Notes: generated from the letters alone by a model not told the origin. 64,000 nt of DNA from Cycas panzhihuaensis (GCA_023213395.1 CM041465.1:48491741-48555740), one strand, 5' to 3'. Counted from the first letter of the stretch, positions 12,310-26,300 are shown. Made by a program: numbers and translations.

Positions 12310-14650
12310 TACCATATCTTCTTTGGTAGACTAAGTAAATGATTCTACCATTTTCTTTTTCCTAGCTACTATTTTCTTTAGGCTCTTTGCTTACTTGTCC
12401 CCCTGATAGAACATGTTCTTATCTTCCTTATAAAATGTCAAGGTTAGAGTAGGGTCAATCCTAACTCCCTATCTTAGAGTCTAACTGGCAACCATGGGTT
12501 CAATTCTATTATTGGCCTCTTACTTATTCTAGGTGAGTTAATATCCTCTTCATTTACTTATGTCTTTGGGATTGGTTTATCTACCTTTAGTTTCAAAGGT
12601 TGTTGGGGCTAATCTTATCCAAGTGCCAATTCTTAAGCTTTTACCACAACTAGTTCCTCTTGTCTTCCAATGTTAACTATAGCCCCTAGCTTTTGAGGTA
12701 TTCCTGGTGTTTCCTTCACAACCTATACATATTCCTCCTATGTTTATAGAGGTCCTACTACCTCTTATTATACACTCTCAATAATTCCTAGTGTCTAAAG
12801 TGGTTATGTTTCTATTAGGGAAGATTACATGGACCTAATGTGTTTAGGTCCTATAAACTCTAGCTTAAGAGTGGGAAATTACCTCTTAGTGACATTAAGA
12901 GAAGGAGATATTTTGGGATGATACTCCATCTCCTAAATCAAGAGGTTCATCCTTTCCTACACTGACATGTGGGCTAAGGGTATAGTCTTTTCTAGAGATG
13001 GTGGTGGAGATGTTCTCTTTTACTTTAATTTTTTTTTCCTTTGCTAACTTTTCTTATGGATCTCTTGCTTTCCTCTTTTTACCTTTTATTGTCTTAGCCT
13101 TCTTCACTAGTTCTTTCCTTGAAGTTCTAATGCCTTCATCTATTGGATTTTATATAATAAAGATGTTTTATATATATACATTATTAAAGGATCATGTTCC
13201 ATATGGAAAATTAGATTGTCCTTGTATATCTAATATTCATATTCTTAATTTATATAAACCTCCAACTTATTGAACTAATGTTTATCATGAGTCATTTTAA
13301 TACCCCTCATATAAGCTCCTATTATATCATTAGGATCATAATATCTAGGATGGGTCTTCTTAGGTCTACATTGTGTAAGAGGAACAAAAGTATTTAGGAC
13401 CTTTAACCAATTCTTGGTCCTCTAGAATCCAATGTCAATGACTTTGTACTATAATAGGACTTTCTTATAGATAGGATTCAACCTCGCCCATATGTATCTC
13501 CATGAAAAATAATCTACAAGGTGAATATTTGGGAAAATAATATACAAAACCTTTGAAACCATGTAACCATATTATAGTGTATTCCTCAAAAAGATAAAAA
13601 TCTCCATTCCCATTAACCAATCCTTTACATCCTAGTTAAACTAGAGGATATAATAAGGATATGGTTGACTGATAAAAATCATTTATCAATGTGTAATAAG
13701 AAAATGATGCTTTATTTTTGCATACCTTTGTAAAACAAAATCGTATAGGTTCTCCTTATGTTTTAGCCTTTGGTTGAAACCCCTTGAATTAAAGTGTACT
13801 TAGTATAGCACAATTGAAATATAAAGACATATAAAATGAAGTACTTTTGTGTACTTTACTGAGTTATGTTATAAGATGGCTACATAATATTTTATCCCAC
13901 TCAAGTAGATAATGTCCCTTCCTACATTTATTAATAATATATGTTTATAAAATTGCAGTTGGGAATCATCATTACACCAAAAAATCCCTTGAGAGAAGAA
14001 AAATCTAGGCCTAAATATGATCTAGGAATAACTCAAAGATTAACCCTTCTCTCTTCACACTTTTCTTAAGGGATGTTATGTACCATTTTAACATATGTTT
14101 TGCTAATTACTTATTATTCTTAATTATATTATGAACTCTATCTTCATCAAAAGGTACGGTCATCTTTGGTAACTAAAACATTCTCTTAATGTTCTTTGTA
14201 GCAAATAGAGCAATGAAAGTTCTATCAAGAACCTAAATTAATTAACCATTCTTCTTCAAGCATTATGCTAAACATCTTATAAGTTATGGGTGTGGGAACA
14301 TTTTAGCCATGAAATCTAGTTTAGTTATGTCACATGTCCGTATAGGTCCTTCCCTTAGCATCTTCCTCTTATATAAATTGAAATCATTGCCTTTCAAGAT
14401 AACTCATGTATCTTCTATGGCTAGTATCCTATAAAATTCATGGACAAAATCCAATAAGATTCATAGTTTAAATGGCAAAATAATGGTATGGAGATCATAA
14501 AACTAACCTATAATTTGCACGTAACCCTAACTATCATTTGTAGTTTTTTTTCCTTGCCCTAATTTTGCTCCTTCAACTCTATTATCTTCCAAATGAGGTT
14601 AAATATGGAATTTAAATGGATATAACCTCTAATTTATGACTTTAATACCA
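12310..14650 (-). pseudogene. Decayed retroelement accessory (extra/env-like) ORF
   Basis: Minus-strand translation gives GDFYLFEEYTIIWLHGFKGFVYYFPKYSPCRLFFME (~13500-13610) and LEWDKILCSHLIT*LSKVHKSTSFYMSLYF (~13815-13905). I recognise these as resembling accessory ORFs of gymnosperm LTR elements. Boundaries approximate. Confidence 0.5.
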
Positions 14651-15790
14651 TACTCTTAGCATTAATTTTGTGAGCTTTAGTTTAACTCTATGAATTTGAG
14701 CTTTAGTTTAACTTTATGAATTTGGTTTAAAATCTGGGTGCCTAAATATGATTTTTCATATTAGCTTTAGCATAGGATTTTGAATAGAGGGCATTATATT
14801 GAAGTAATGTAAACCCTTATAAAGTGCTCCCATATGCCATTTTCTTATATCATGATCCTTTTGAGTTTCATTAGAATAGTGATTTATATAGGAGATGGTC
14901 ATGTGAGAGCTTACCATGCAAGAATAATGTTCACTTTTAATGTTAAGTAGTGGGTCCCAATAATTCTTTTTGCACGTTCTTTAATATTTTATAAGTTATT
15001 GTCTAGTATAAAAATGTCTTACACCAAAAATCATTTCTCAAAAGTTCCCATAAAAGACCCTCATATCAAAGAACTAATCACAAGAACTATAGCACCTATC
15101 TCTTTGTTTTCTCTTGCATCTCAACTTCCCATACAACAACCACTTTTAAAACTAAATTTTTATACATAAAATATTTAATGCATAAAACACTAATAGTGAC
15201 TATAATAGGATTTATCCTTCAAATCCTTTCTCATTGTTGATTTCCCTTTAGTGTCATAAATTGAATTGTTATCATAATTCTACTCAACTCATTCATTTGA
15301 TTTGTTATCATAATATTTGATACCTCTAATGAATTTGTTCATTATTATTGTTAAGTAATGATATAAAAAACTTCATTACAATATAAACCTTATCAAGACC
15401 TTCTTTATAATTGGTGTCTAAAAAATATATTTCACCATTATACTTTGAAGGTTTGACAATCCATTCACTTATTTAAGTTATCATTATCTATATTATATTT
15501 CAATTCTTCCTTAACCAAGTCAATAATTAGATTATAATGAACAAAAAGAGGTTTGGAAATAGAATAGTAAATCAAATTACATGAATTTGATAATCATTAA
15601 TCATGCTTAAAATATTTATAAGTTTTTTAATATGTACAAAAAAAAAAAAAAAAAGTAGAATAAGCCCTATAGACCCCAATTAGATTCATTATCAAACTAA
15701 GATGTAAATCAACTTTCTCAATTCTATTTTAACTGGTCTAGCTCTAATCATCAATAATATTTACAAGATTAGTCTTATGCTTTCTATATT

Positions 15791-17125
15791 TGTTGGATAG
15801 TAATATCTAATTATATTATATGTCATCTCAAACCCGCTTTATACTCTCTTACATTATTACAAAATTTATATTATAGTTATTTAGTTATATGTGCTACTTG
15901 GAATATGTGACAATACACATAGGTTGATTTTTTAGGGTCCTTCATATAAGGTGATATATACTATAAATATGCACATGATTATTTAAATAAGATGAAGATT
16001 GGTCATTCTTCCATATCTCTTATGCATACTTATATGTACATATTTCATCTTATTGAGCATTTTTATTGTATCTCTCACCTCCCTATCCATTTCATCTCTT
16101 AGTTGGGTCCATTACACAATATCTATTTAGTTTTGCATGTTTATATACTTATACCTAGCATTATGATATTAAAGCTTTATGTTAATTTTGTTAATATAAT
16201 GGTATCAACATCCATGGCTTAATCCATTAGAAGGATAATTTAGAGCCTTTTTTATTAAATTTTTTATAGCTTTTTTAAATTTATAATCTTCATGGAATCC
16301 ACTTTTAAGTGCTTATTTAATGACCTTCCATGAGGCTATTTTAAAGAACTTTTTAAGCATTGAGAATATATATTCTAGGGATAATTTTTTAGGCTTTTTT
16401 AGGGCTAATTATTTTTCCCTTTTGGGGTAAGCTTGAAGTCAATATTTATGGCTAAAAATGCATTTAATAGTTGTATATTTTATTTTAAAAAACTCTTTCT
16501 TATAGTAAATTTAAAAGCAAAAATATTAAGCATATAAGTGTTTTTTTAAAGCAGTTTATGAGTATTTTACAGTAGAATTATTTTCAATTTTTATATACCT
16601 TAAACTCATCATTAAGATGTGTATTCAATCCTATACAAATTTGGCATGCCATAGAGTAGAAGCTATTATTTAGATTCTTAAAAATTTAAGTGGTTGTACA
16701 TATAGGACTAATCGTCCTATTATCACAACCCCTCATAAAACAAAAAATATATATATAATCATTAAAAAAAAAAAAAAAACTTATTTGTAATAGTTTTTTT
16801 CTTTTTTAATCCATGTAGGGTTAATGTGAAAAAATGAATGGCTTTTAAAACAATATAAGAGAATATATGTGGTATCTAAGGCCTTGTGAATAGGATGCTT
16901 TTGTTGGATGTAATATCCAATTACAGTTTATTTTACTCCTAACACTTTTTATACTCTCATACATATGCTATGAATATTATATTATGGTCACCTTGATATG
17001 AATACCATTTAGAAAATGTGCTAGCATACAAAGGTTAACCTATAGAGTTCTCATATGAGGTGAGGTGTTCTATAAGTATGTACATGATTCTTATAATAAT
17101 AAGAAGTTTGACCATTCTTCCACCC
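15791..17125 (+). mobile_element. Old TRIM-like element (two strongly diverged LTRs, PBS, ~700 bp non-coding interior)
   Basis: TGTTGGATAGTAATATCTAATTA at 15791 vs TGTTGGATGTAATATCCAATTA at 16902; shared internal blocks (...ctataaatatgcacatgatt...cattcttcc); TGGTATCA at 16200. Confidence 0.6.
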
Positions 17126-19549
17126 AAGTGAGTTTACCCAATAACTTCACTTCTTTCCATTGCTTCCTATGTTGAGTTGTTGGTTATAGCCAAGAAAATT
17201 ACTCATAGATATGATAATAATTAATTTAAAGAAAATAACTCTTACACACAAGTCCATAAATTAATCAAGATTACAAATATATAGAACCAAGTAGACTTTG
17301 CATGCAAAAAGAAAAAGGTTTGCCTTGATTAAAGATTCCTTTTGATTTATCATCCCACCTCCTCTTAAAAGTTTGAGGTATGTTATTCTAACCCTTAGTA
17401 GAGCCAAACTTATTAAGATTAATGAGATCGAATAAGCAAAAATAATATGATTACTTTATGGAGGACTATAACTAGGGATTGATACTAGTTTAATACCTAA
17501 AAATAGCCCCTAGACAACTTTACTAATATGATAAAAACTTAAGAATCAAATTTGGTTTGATTCATAGGTTTTATTACTTCAAGAGATTAATAAAATCACT
17601 AGATATCAATCAAATTAAAAGCAAAAAAATAGTAATGAAAGACTTTTTATAATTTCTTTTAAAAGATGAACTTGAATCGGCCCATGCATAGACTTAAGAA
17701 ACTAGTAAATAATCAAAACAAAGTTACCTTCAATCTAAGCAAAAATGTAGAATATACCTCAGAATGATGCCTTACTTTTGCGTAACATATTACCACCAAT
17801 CTAAGAATCCATAAGGATGACAAGATTGATGACAAAAGATTTTGAAGGAGAGTGTAATGGACTCAAAAGAGTAATAAGAACTAAAGAAGATTGATCCTAA
17901 TGGATGAGTGAGAAGTTGGGCCTAAAAGATGAGTAAGAATTATGGTAAATATAGCCCTCTATTCCACCTAGTAGGATCAATAAGTTCTCATGAGGACAAG
18001 TCTCTAATCAAGTCTCAAACAATAAAAGGAATACTAGCAAACATAATAGTACTTTAAAAGCTCTTTTAAAATTCTCTAAAGACTCTCTTCAAAGTTTTTA
18101 TAAACTCTCTTTAAACTCTTCCCTAACCTTGAAAAATCATTAGGATTTGAGACTAAGAGAGGAGTTAGGTAGGAAATCATGTCATAGCTTTTTGCTATGG
18201 ATTAATTGATTTCTATTAATAAAACCTCTATATGGATAAGGTTTACATGATTGTGAGGCTATTAGGATAGGTTAGGAAATTCCATGCCTTTATTTTAGGC
18301 AATCAACATTGAAGGAAACATGCAAATCAATATTTTCTATCAGTTTTTACATGTATAATAGTCAAAAATATGATTTTCTTAATAAAACATGATTATTATA
18401 TCTTATTTAGAAAATCATATTTTTAGGACTCTAAAAAATGCAACAAATAAAAAGTGGTAGAAAACATAGAAAAATGAACATTTTTTAGAAAAAGTTAATT
18501 TGCTAAAGAATATTAGGTCCAAAAACAAATTGATAAAGCTAGAATCACTACAAGTTGAAGTGAAAATGAGGTTAAGATGAGATCAAATTTAATTGAATAC
18601 TAAGATGACAATAAATAAATAAAGAGAGAAGAACTTAGAGCAATTTGGGATTTATGTTGAGTAGAAGGTATAAAATACACCATAGTATCAATCATTGATA
18701 AAGACATAATCATAATCATATATAATCAATCATCCAATCTAACTTCATTTTTATAGGACAAGAGTGAAAGTTTTTAGATTATTTTTATGATTGAATTGAG
18801 ATTTCATGCACTTAAAGAGAAACTCTAATATTCCATGAGCTTCATCAGTTCAAGAGAATGAAGATGCAGTGTGATGTTATAAACCTAGTAAGTTCATAAT
18901 ATAATTTATTTTATTATTATTTTATCTTTTATCAAAAACATGATATTAGTAGTGAAAAATATAAGAATAGGTTTAAAAACATAACAAATAGATCTAAAAC
19001 ATGATTTCTAAATTTAGGATTTTGAGAAATCATATTTTTTACTAATAAATCACATTTTTTCCTAGTTTATCATGTTTTTAAACTATTTTTTAATATTTTT
19101 AATTGGTTTTTTATATTTTTAACTATATTATTACATTTTTTATTAGAATTTAAGAAAGTTAAAGAAAGTTAAATACTAGTGCAAACTCAGCAGTCTGCAA
19201 GCACCCATAAGCACCCTCTACTTCATGATTTGAATGCTTACAAGGTTTCCTACTTTGTTGTGCAGCCACTATTGTATGGATTAGAGGGCTAACAATCACT
19301 CTACCCTACGAAAAACAAAATGGGGAATGATAGATTATTGTAATTTCTATAAATCAGAAGGAATATTCCTTAATGCTTCATTTTCTTGTAATAAATTTAA
19401 GAAAGTTAAATATTTTTTAATTTCTAAATATTGATAGATGAGACTAAATCTAATTTTCTTCATTATGATGCAACCCCTTGAAAAGAAAAATACATGGAAG
19501 AATAAGGAATAGGCCATAGATCAATTTATTAGATCCATATCAATTGTTG

Positions 19550-20400
19550 ATTAGTAGCTTCTTCGTTAATGTGGATTGACCAGAGCTAACTATTCCATCT
19601 AATCAGTAATGGAATATGAGATATTAAAGGATTTTATTAGCTTCTTGGTGCCCATAGATCGAGTATTTCATGTACATGGTATTGGAGACATGTATCATTG
19701 CCAAGGACATAGGGACGATCTTAGAAGTTAATTGGTGAAGAGTAGAGATCTAGTTGAATTGAGTCATGGATGAGGAGCTTAGCAGGCATGTAACCAATAT
19801 TTAATAGGATTTATAGACCATTTTAGTATCCATGGGATCTCATAAAAGGCTATGCAGATAGTAGAGGGGATCCCAATAGTTAGGAAAGTATTGGCATAAA
19901 TTATAGGATTCTAGATTGCCAAGATGTAAACTTTCATAGGGGTTCCATATAAGTAGGTAGGGATTATTAGATAGTATAAGTGGTGTATCTAGATGAATTA
20001 GGATAGCTTCATTCTTAATAGTATGAGTTAACAATTGAGTTGTATATAGATACATAGATATGGAGGATTTTCATATAGCTTTATCTTTATGTGTTGGTTA
20101 TATGACCATATCCCACTAATGAGACTGGATACATTACCAAGGTAGTTAACTATTATAGATCTTGCCATAAATAGACATCATATACACTCTTAGGTCTATA
20201 ATAGATAAGTAATAGTAGTTAGAATTACACATAGTCCTCTCTTAAGTAGGATGATGAGGAACTAATTAGTTCCTAATCCCTCTGATAGGATATAGGCCTA
20301 AACAAATGATGAGGTTGATGACATTAAGAGGATAGTAGTAAGGAGACCATTGCTTATACCTAAGGGTAGAGGATGAGGTATAGGTAAGGTAGAGGGATTT
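19550..20400 (+). pseudogene. Aminotransferase-like plant mobile domain (PMD) remnant
   Basis: FHL (~19593) then, after a frameshift, ILKDFISFLVPID (19621-19659) resemble PMD TFHLP.GE.TITL.DV..LLGLP.DG; YPW ~19827; *PY (from WRPY) ~20103. Heavily decayed. Confidence 0.5.
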
Positions 20401-21460
20401 TAGAGTGATTAAGGAGTTGGTGGTACTATAAAGGGATAGGATAAATAGGGAGCAAGTATCATTACACTACTAGAGGGAGTGGGTGAACTAGGTGTTGAGT
20501 AGGGAGAGGATGCATGTAGAAGAGGAGAGGGAGAGGTTGCTGAAGAGATAGAAGGAGTAGTAGGAGGTAGCTCCCCTACTCACAACATGGATATTAGCTT
20601 CGATGTAATCATGGAGTAGTCATAAGTAAGTAGGGAGGTGAATAGGTACCCTAATGACTAGCTACTATAGTAGCACCATGCCCAATAGGTATTTTTAACT
20701 TGTGTTTTATTTACTATATGTTGACTTAGTCTAGATTACTAAATAGTCTTCATCATTTTCTTTAACTTTTTTTCTAAATAAGTTAATTAACTATGATATG
20801 TGTATGTGGTAGGTGAGGGGACAATAGAGCTTATCAACGTGAGGAGGATCCTTGATATTTGGCATCCATATATATTTTCTATATAAGAGCCTCTCATTTA
20901 GTTGGAGAATGATCGAGCATTACTAGGTCCTCTCATTCAATATTTTACTCCTATTATTTGAGAATGAGACATGTACTAGGATGTGGTAGGGAGATTAGGT
21001 GTATGGAAGGGTAAGTTGCAAGTTAAAGACAAGCGACATCATCTACCTAGGATGACCATTCTTTAGGTAGGTGGGCATGTAACTCTTTTAGGTAGCATGA
21101 TCCTACAATAGGGTAGACATGCTCCTCATAGGAGAGAGAGGACACATAACCATTCATATAGTCAACACATAGGAGGTAGATGGGGTAGCTCTTATCATCC
21201 TTCATAAGGATAGGTATGCACATGGAGAGAGAATTAAGAGGGAAGGGAGATGAATCTTCTCCATGGGCATAGGAATGTAAGATTTGATCTAGTTATGATC
21301 ATTTGTGCATGCCCATGGAAGCTACAAGACCATGATATTATATGTATATCAAATATACCATATGACTTTCCATATTCATATATGTATGTAACAACATTAC
21401 TTTACTTTTTGGCATGGATATATATGAAAGATTAATGACTCTGACCCTACCACCCCACAC

Positions 21461-21496
21461 TCCCCCCCCGCCCCCCCCCCCCCCTCCCTCTCCCCT
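21461..21496. repeat. Poly-C / C-rich tract (G-quadruplex-capable on the minus strand)
   Basis: ccccccccgcccccccccccccctccctctccccc seen directly. Confidence 0.85.
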
Positions 21497-21592
21497 TTTC
21501 ACTTTATAATGCTAGTTCCATATACATGCTTGACTTTATGTTTTATATGTGTTTATGATAACCTTCATCATGCTTTAGTGATGGTATTTACA

Positions 21593-21716
21593 TGTTAGTT
21601 TATACTCATTTCAGAGTGTTAGTTTATACTCATTTTGGAGTGTTAGTTTATATTCACTTCAGAGTGTTAGTTTATACTCATTTTAGAGTAATAGTTTATA
21701 CTCATTTTGGAGTAAT
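21593..21716 (+). repeat. 24-bp minisatellite, ~5 copies (TGTTAGTTTATACTCATTTYRGAG)
   Basis: Direct repeats visible; they generate the 8-aa period VLVYTHFR/G of ORF 21592-21789. Confidence 0.9.
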
Positions 21717-21784
21717 ACCCTCAACTCAAAAGATAAGGTCACAAGCAACAGTGCTCTATGAGACTAAAGAGTCAACTTCCATGC

Positions 21785-22135
21785 TTTAATCACATGAGAT
21801 ATGTTGAATGGTAATCAATAAAAATAAGACAATAATAATAATGCCTGATTATGAAGGAAATATAACCTAGGAGAATGAACATAGTAAACACCAATGAGTT
21901 GAAGGATCATAACTTGAGAATTAGAATATAGGTTAATAAAACCATGATAAAAGTGTAAGGCATTTGTCAAAGATTTTATAAATACAATGTATTTATCTCT
22001 ATTATTAGTTGTATAAGGTAATATCATTCTAGTAGAAGTTAAGACATTATCTAGTTGGTCATGCACTACCCATGCAATAACAGACAATTCTAGATTACCC
22101 CTACTACCCCCCAATGGAATGTATGTTCAATGCTA
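21785..22135 (-). pseudogene. RNase HI-like (aRH / RVT_3-type) domain remnant
   Basis: ORF 21815-22114: GGSRGN (DGASRGNPG), TTNNRDKY (TNN.AEY), YSNSQVMILQLIG.Y.V (GDSQLVI.QV.G.Y.V), then ITIQHI after a stop. Catalytic acidic residues are mutated. Confidence 0.75.
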
Positions 22136-22969
22136 TAGTAAGAAAGGATAAAACTTAGAGACAAAGTGATGGATATAAGAAGATGTAGGAATCAACCTAT
22201 GAGGAATTGCTTCCTTTCAAGAGACTTGGTTTTGACAATAAAACAAAAGAAAGATACATTCATGACTAGGTTTCCTTACTATAAAAGTATCACCCCAAAC
22301 ATACATAAAAGTAAGGCATACAAAGGTGTCAAATAGGTTTCAATCACAATTAAGAAAATAATAGAAAGTAATTAGATTTAAAGGTCTTAAATGATACACC
22401 TAAATGAATGTGACCTACAATAAATATAGGTAGAGATGAAACCATCACATAATTTGCTTTAAATAATAAGAGGGTGCAAGAGATAGACAAATAACTTTAC
22501 CTACCTTTTTTATGATTTTTTTAAACACTATTGACTATATCATTCCATATGATAGTTTATATAAGGGTCATGGTGAACCAAACATTATTGAATCTGCTTT
22601 TCTGAAGATACTCATTCACCATCTTAACTATGATCATCAAATGATTTTCACCAAGATAAGATAAATATAAAAAAGATAAACAATTATGAGTGACCAATGA
22701 TTGACCTAATCAGGAAACATCTTCTTATACTATAGCAAGGGTGACCTTTTTAACCAAATCAAGGAAATGAAAACCATAAACCTAAATCCTCCAAGACTCA
22801 ACCATAGGAAAAGGAAGGATTTGTAAATCATAATATCTTTGAATATTTCGAAAGATAATGTTTAATGTATAAGTGTTTAATGTATTTAAGTGAAAGTTAT
22901 GTCTTAGGGTCATTACTATGGTAGTCTTAAGTATTATGTAAAGGTTTATGGGTCCACATATTATAATAT

Positions 22970-25900
22970 TGTTAAGTAAGTAGTTAAAAGATTATTCATC
23001 AATTAGTAGGTAAAAAGTCATTCAGTATGTTAAAGGTCACTAACTCACCTCATCTTCATATTCCCACCTATGATGTATAAATAAGTATGTGAGGTAGAGT
23101 AGATATCATTGAGTCATCATGGAGTCCATTGTTGTGTCAATGTTTTGGTTTCATTCTAATATAGTTATCTTTGATATGAGTTAATGCAATCTACATTATG
23201 CTTCTTGCTCTATTGTTCTTGATGTTGAATGATCTCAATATGAAAGTTTAACATGGTATTAGAGTAGGTTGACTATCAAGCTTATCATTGTATAGGTTCA
23301 CTAAGTTTGATAAGTGTGGAGGTGGATCCATAGAGTTGATTGTCAGATTAAATATTTAATTTTAGAAGGTGGAGTCCTAAGGCCATCATTGTTGCAAGGT
23401 ATACCAGTGTTCATACAAAACTGAATATATTATTAGCATTTATTTATTTATTTATAGTCTCGAGTAATTGTGCAACCTCCTTGAGCTTTTATAATCATGT
23501 TTGAGATTATTTATCACTATTATAACTCTATGTAAGTTTAAGAAGGGATTCCATAGTGCCAAGATGTGATTCCATTTAGTTTTAGAGCTTTTGAGATGTG
23601 TTTCTGAGCTTTGTTAGCTTCCGTTCACCGTGGAGAGGCACACACAGGTCATGGAAGTTATCTAACCTTTTCATATATAAAAATTTTATATTTTTTACAT
23701 TAGATTTCATAACGTTTATAAAAAATTCAATTAGATTTAATTTTATGACTTAAAATCCACATTTAATCCCCCATATTTTGATTATATTATGGCTTCATAT
23801 GACCATATTTTCATAAAAAAGGGCAAATCTTATAAACCCCTTTTGATAATTTTTTGACTTTACAAAACGATTAGGCCATATTTCATTGTATTTTAAAGTT
23901 TATAGCACATTAGTCACATCAACAAGAAGTCATATATGATAGTTTGATGAGTAGAGGCCACGTATCAAGGGGGCTTAAGCCCTAACCTCACCAATTTTTA
24001 ATATAAAAGATACCTATCATAGTTTTCTTTATAACTTTCCAACAGTAAGTCTAAATTAGGTGTGACATGAACCATTGGAAAGATAATTTAGAGAGTTTTA
24101 GTTTGAAGTCATTCTTAGGTTGATTTGAGTCTATTTTATAGGAGTTCCAAGTTACTAAATTTGGGATATTTGTTTCAGAATTATTTAGACTTTTCTCATC
24201 ATTTGAAGGCCTAAATTCAATTTTCCATAAGATTTTTTAATGCTATATACTATTGTTAACTATTAGTAAGTTATTCTAGTCTATTTTTTAGGCTAACAAA
24301 GTGGTTATGGTTTAGTTATTATAGATGTTCTTGGAGGTTGAGGTGGATCTTCTTAGATCAAGTCCTTTCAAAGAGCTCATTAAACCCTTCTTTCCTTTTA
24401 TTTCCTTACATTTTATTTTGCTTTTTAGCTTTTCTTATTAAAAAGAACCTTGCTTGTAAACAAGATCACCTTAAAATTCATTTTTAACATGAAATAGTAA
24501 TCAAGATAATACTAAATCAATAAGATAACTATACTAGCCTTACAAGGGGAATGGTTAGGATCCCTAAAGTTACCACTTCGTTGTTAAAATATGAAAGATG
24601 CAATAATAATAAACTCATGAGTATGTACATATAATAAATTAATCAACATAACTATCAAACATTAAACATGTAAAGTAAGCACCACAAGATGGACACCAAG
24701 ATTTATATATGGAAAACCTATTACGGGAAAAAACACAGGAGAAGTTGGAGTTAGGACTCCACTTATGATCATAAGGTTTACATATTTGTCCTCTCTCCTT
24801 TCTCGAGTTCTCAACTAGTGAGTGTATATATAAATAGTGAAATCACCTCATGATTAGCCTATAAAATATAAAGAGTCATAACATCATCCAATAATAAGAT
24901 AGCATGGATATGTGGGTATCTCGTATATCTCGAAGTAGGTGAATGGTGGGAACTGTATATGTACCCACATTAAATATTATATTTTAACATCCATAGTTGC
25001 CTTTAGTATTCCTCTAATTTCTTGAAGAAGCCATTGGCTATAAGGTGTATTAAGTGGTAGGCTAAGGTGGAAAACTATCTTTTGGTATTTGGAGACCAAG
25101 CTAGACCCAGAGGCTGTGAGTACCTTAGTCATTAAGTTCTCAATGCTAGATCTATCGCTAAGCATAAGTCCAACATAGGTGGATCCATAAATTAGGGGGT
25201 CTTTGAACTTCTTAGAAACCTATGTACTAAATTATATATAACCTTGATCTTATGTACTAGTATATAGGGTCCATACTTTACCACTTATAGGCAAGAACTA
25301 GTAGATAGGATAGTAACTAAGAGCTTTCTTGGAGACCTAAAAACTTAGAAATTTAGATTAGTAGCCCCTAGGTAGAATAGTACATAAGCACTTAAAACTC
25401 AAAACTAAAGGACAATGAGAAACGACATCATAGATGCTTCTATCAAACATAATCAAACTCAATGTCCTAAATAACTTTATAGCTTGGAAGAAACAAGTGA
25501 AAAACCTGCTTATCATAAACAACTTTTAGGGCTGTGTCAATGGTGATATGCCCTTACCTAGAGCAACCCAAGACCCTAATGATCTTAGCATTAGAATTCC
25601 ACTCGATCCAACTTCCTTAGCTAACTTTAAAGATAAGGATGATATAGCCTTGTCCTTTCTCCACTTGGTGGTAGAAGACCAAGTAGATTAGAATATATAA
25701 ATAACTCTAACCTCTCACAAATCCTAAACCATCCTATGTACTCTCTATGAGAGGAAATATGGTCAAGATCCTTAACTCTTAAAGCATATCTATTTACTGT
25801 CCCCTTTACTAGAAACATTACTACCCATCTAACTAAAGTCAAGACATTTTGAAATTAACTAATAATCCTTGGAAAATCTCCATTAGATTATAACCTTATA

Positions 25901-26300
25901 TCTAGCATTCTTAATATCCTCCCAATATAATACAATAGTTTTTTTTCCAAACTCCATGATAATTACACAAAAATAGACTTTATCACCTTTGATGGATTCC
26001 TACTAAGAAAAGAAAACATTCTCAACTAACAAGAGGTAACATCTATCTCTAGCTCAGCCCCTATATTTGTAACCCAAAATTTAGAAAGGGGTAAGACTAT
26101 ACAGTGGACAACTTTGTATCCTAGTTAATTATAAAGCCTTACTCAATAATTGAACTCCTTGGATATCTTATAAGAGATAAGCTAGTTACTAACTCAGTAG
26201 TAACCACATTAAGTTAGAACCTCCTCTCATCAAGGTTGACATCTTTAGTAGCCCCAACAACCACCACAACCTTAATAAAAATAGAATCAACAGACTAGGC
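22970..26300 (+). mobile_element. Decayed Ty1/Copia 5' part (LTR end, PBS, leader, gag)
   Basis: ...TTTAACA (LTR end 23253) followed by TGGTATTAGAGT 23254-23265; gag N-terminus IKLN...FIAWKKQV...QLLG at ~25450-25540. LTR start uncertain. Interrupted by solo LTR 24582-24989. Confidence 0.6.
24582..24989 (-). mobile_element. Solo LTR (408 bp)
   Basis: Terminal inverted repeat TGTTAAAATAT...ATATTTTAACA; flanks TTCGT / TCCAT fit a TCCGT TSD with one deamination each; the reverse complement resembles LTR 49663-50070. Confidence 0.85.

Noticed and set aside
21592-21789. VLVYTHFR repeat peptide
   Set aside because: Translation of a 24-bp minisatellite.
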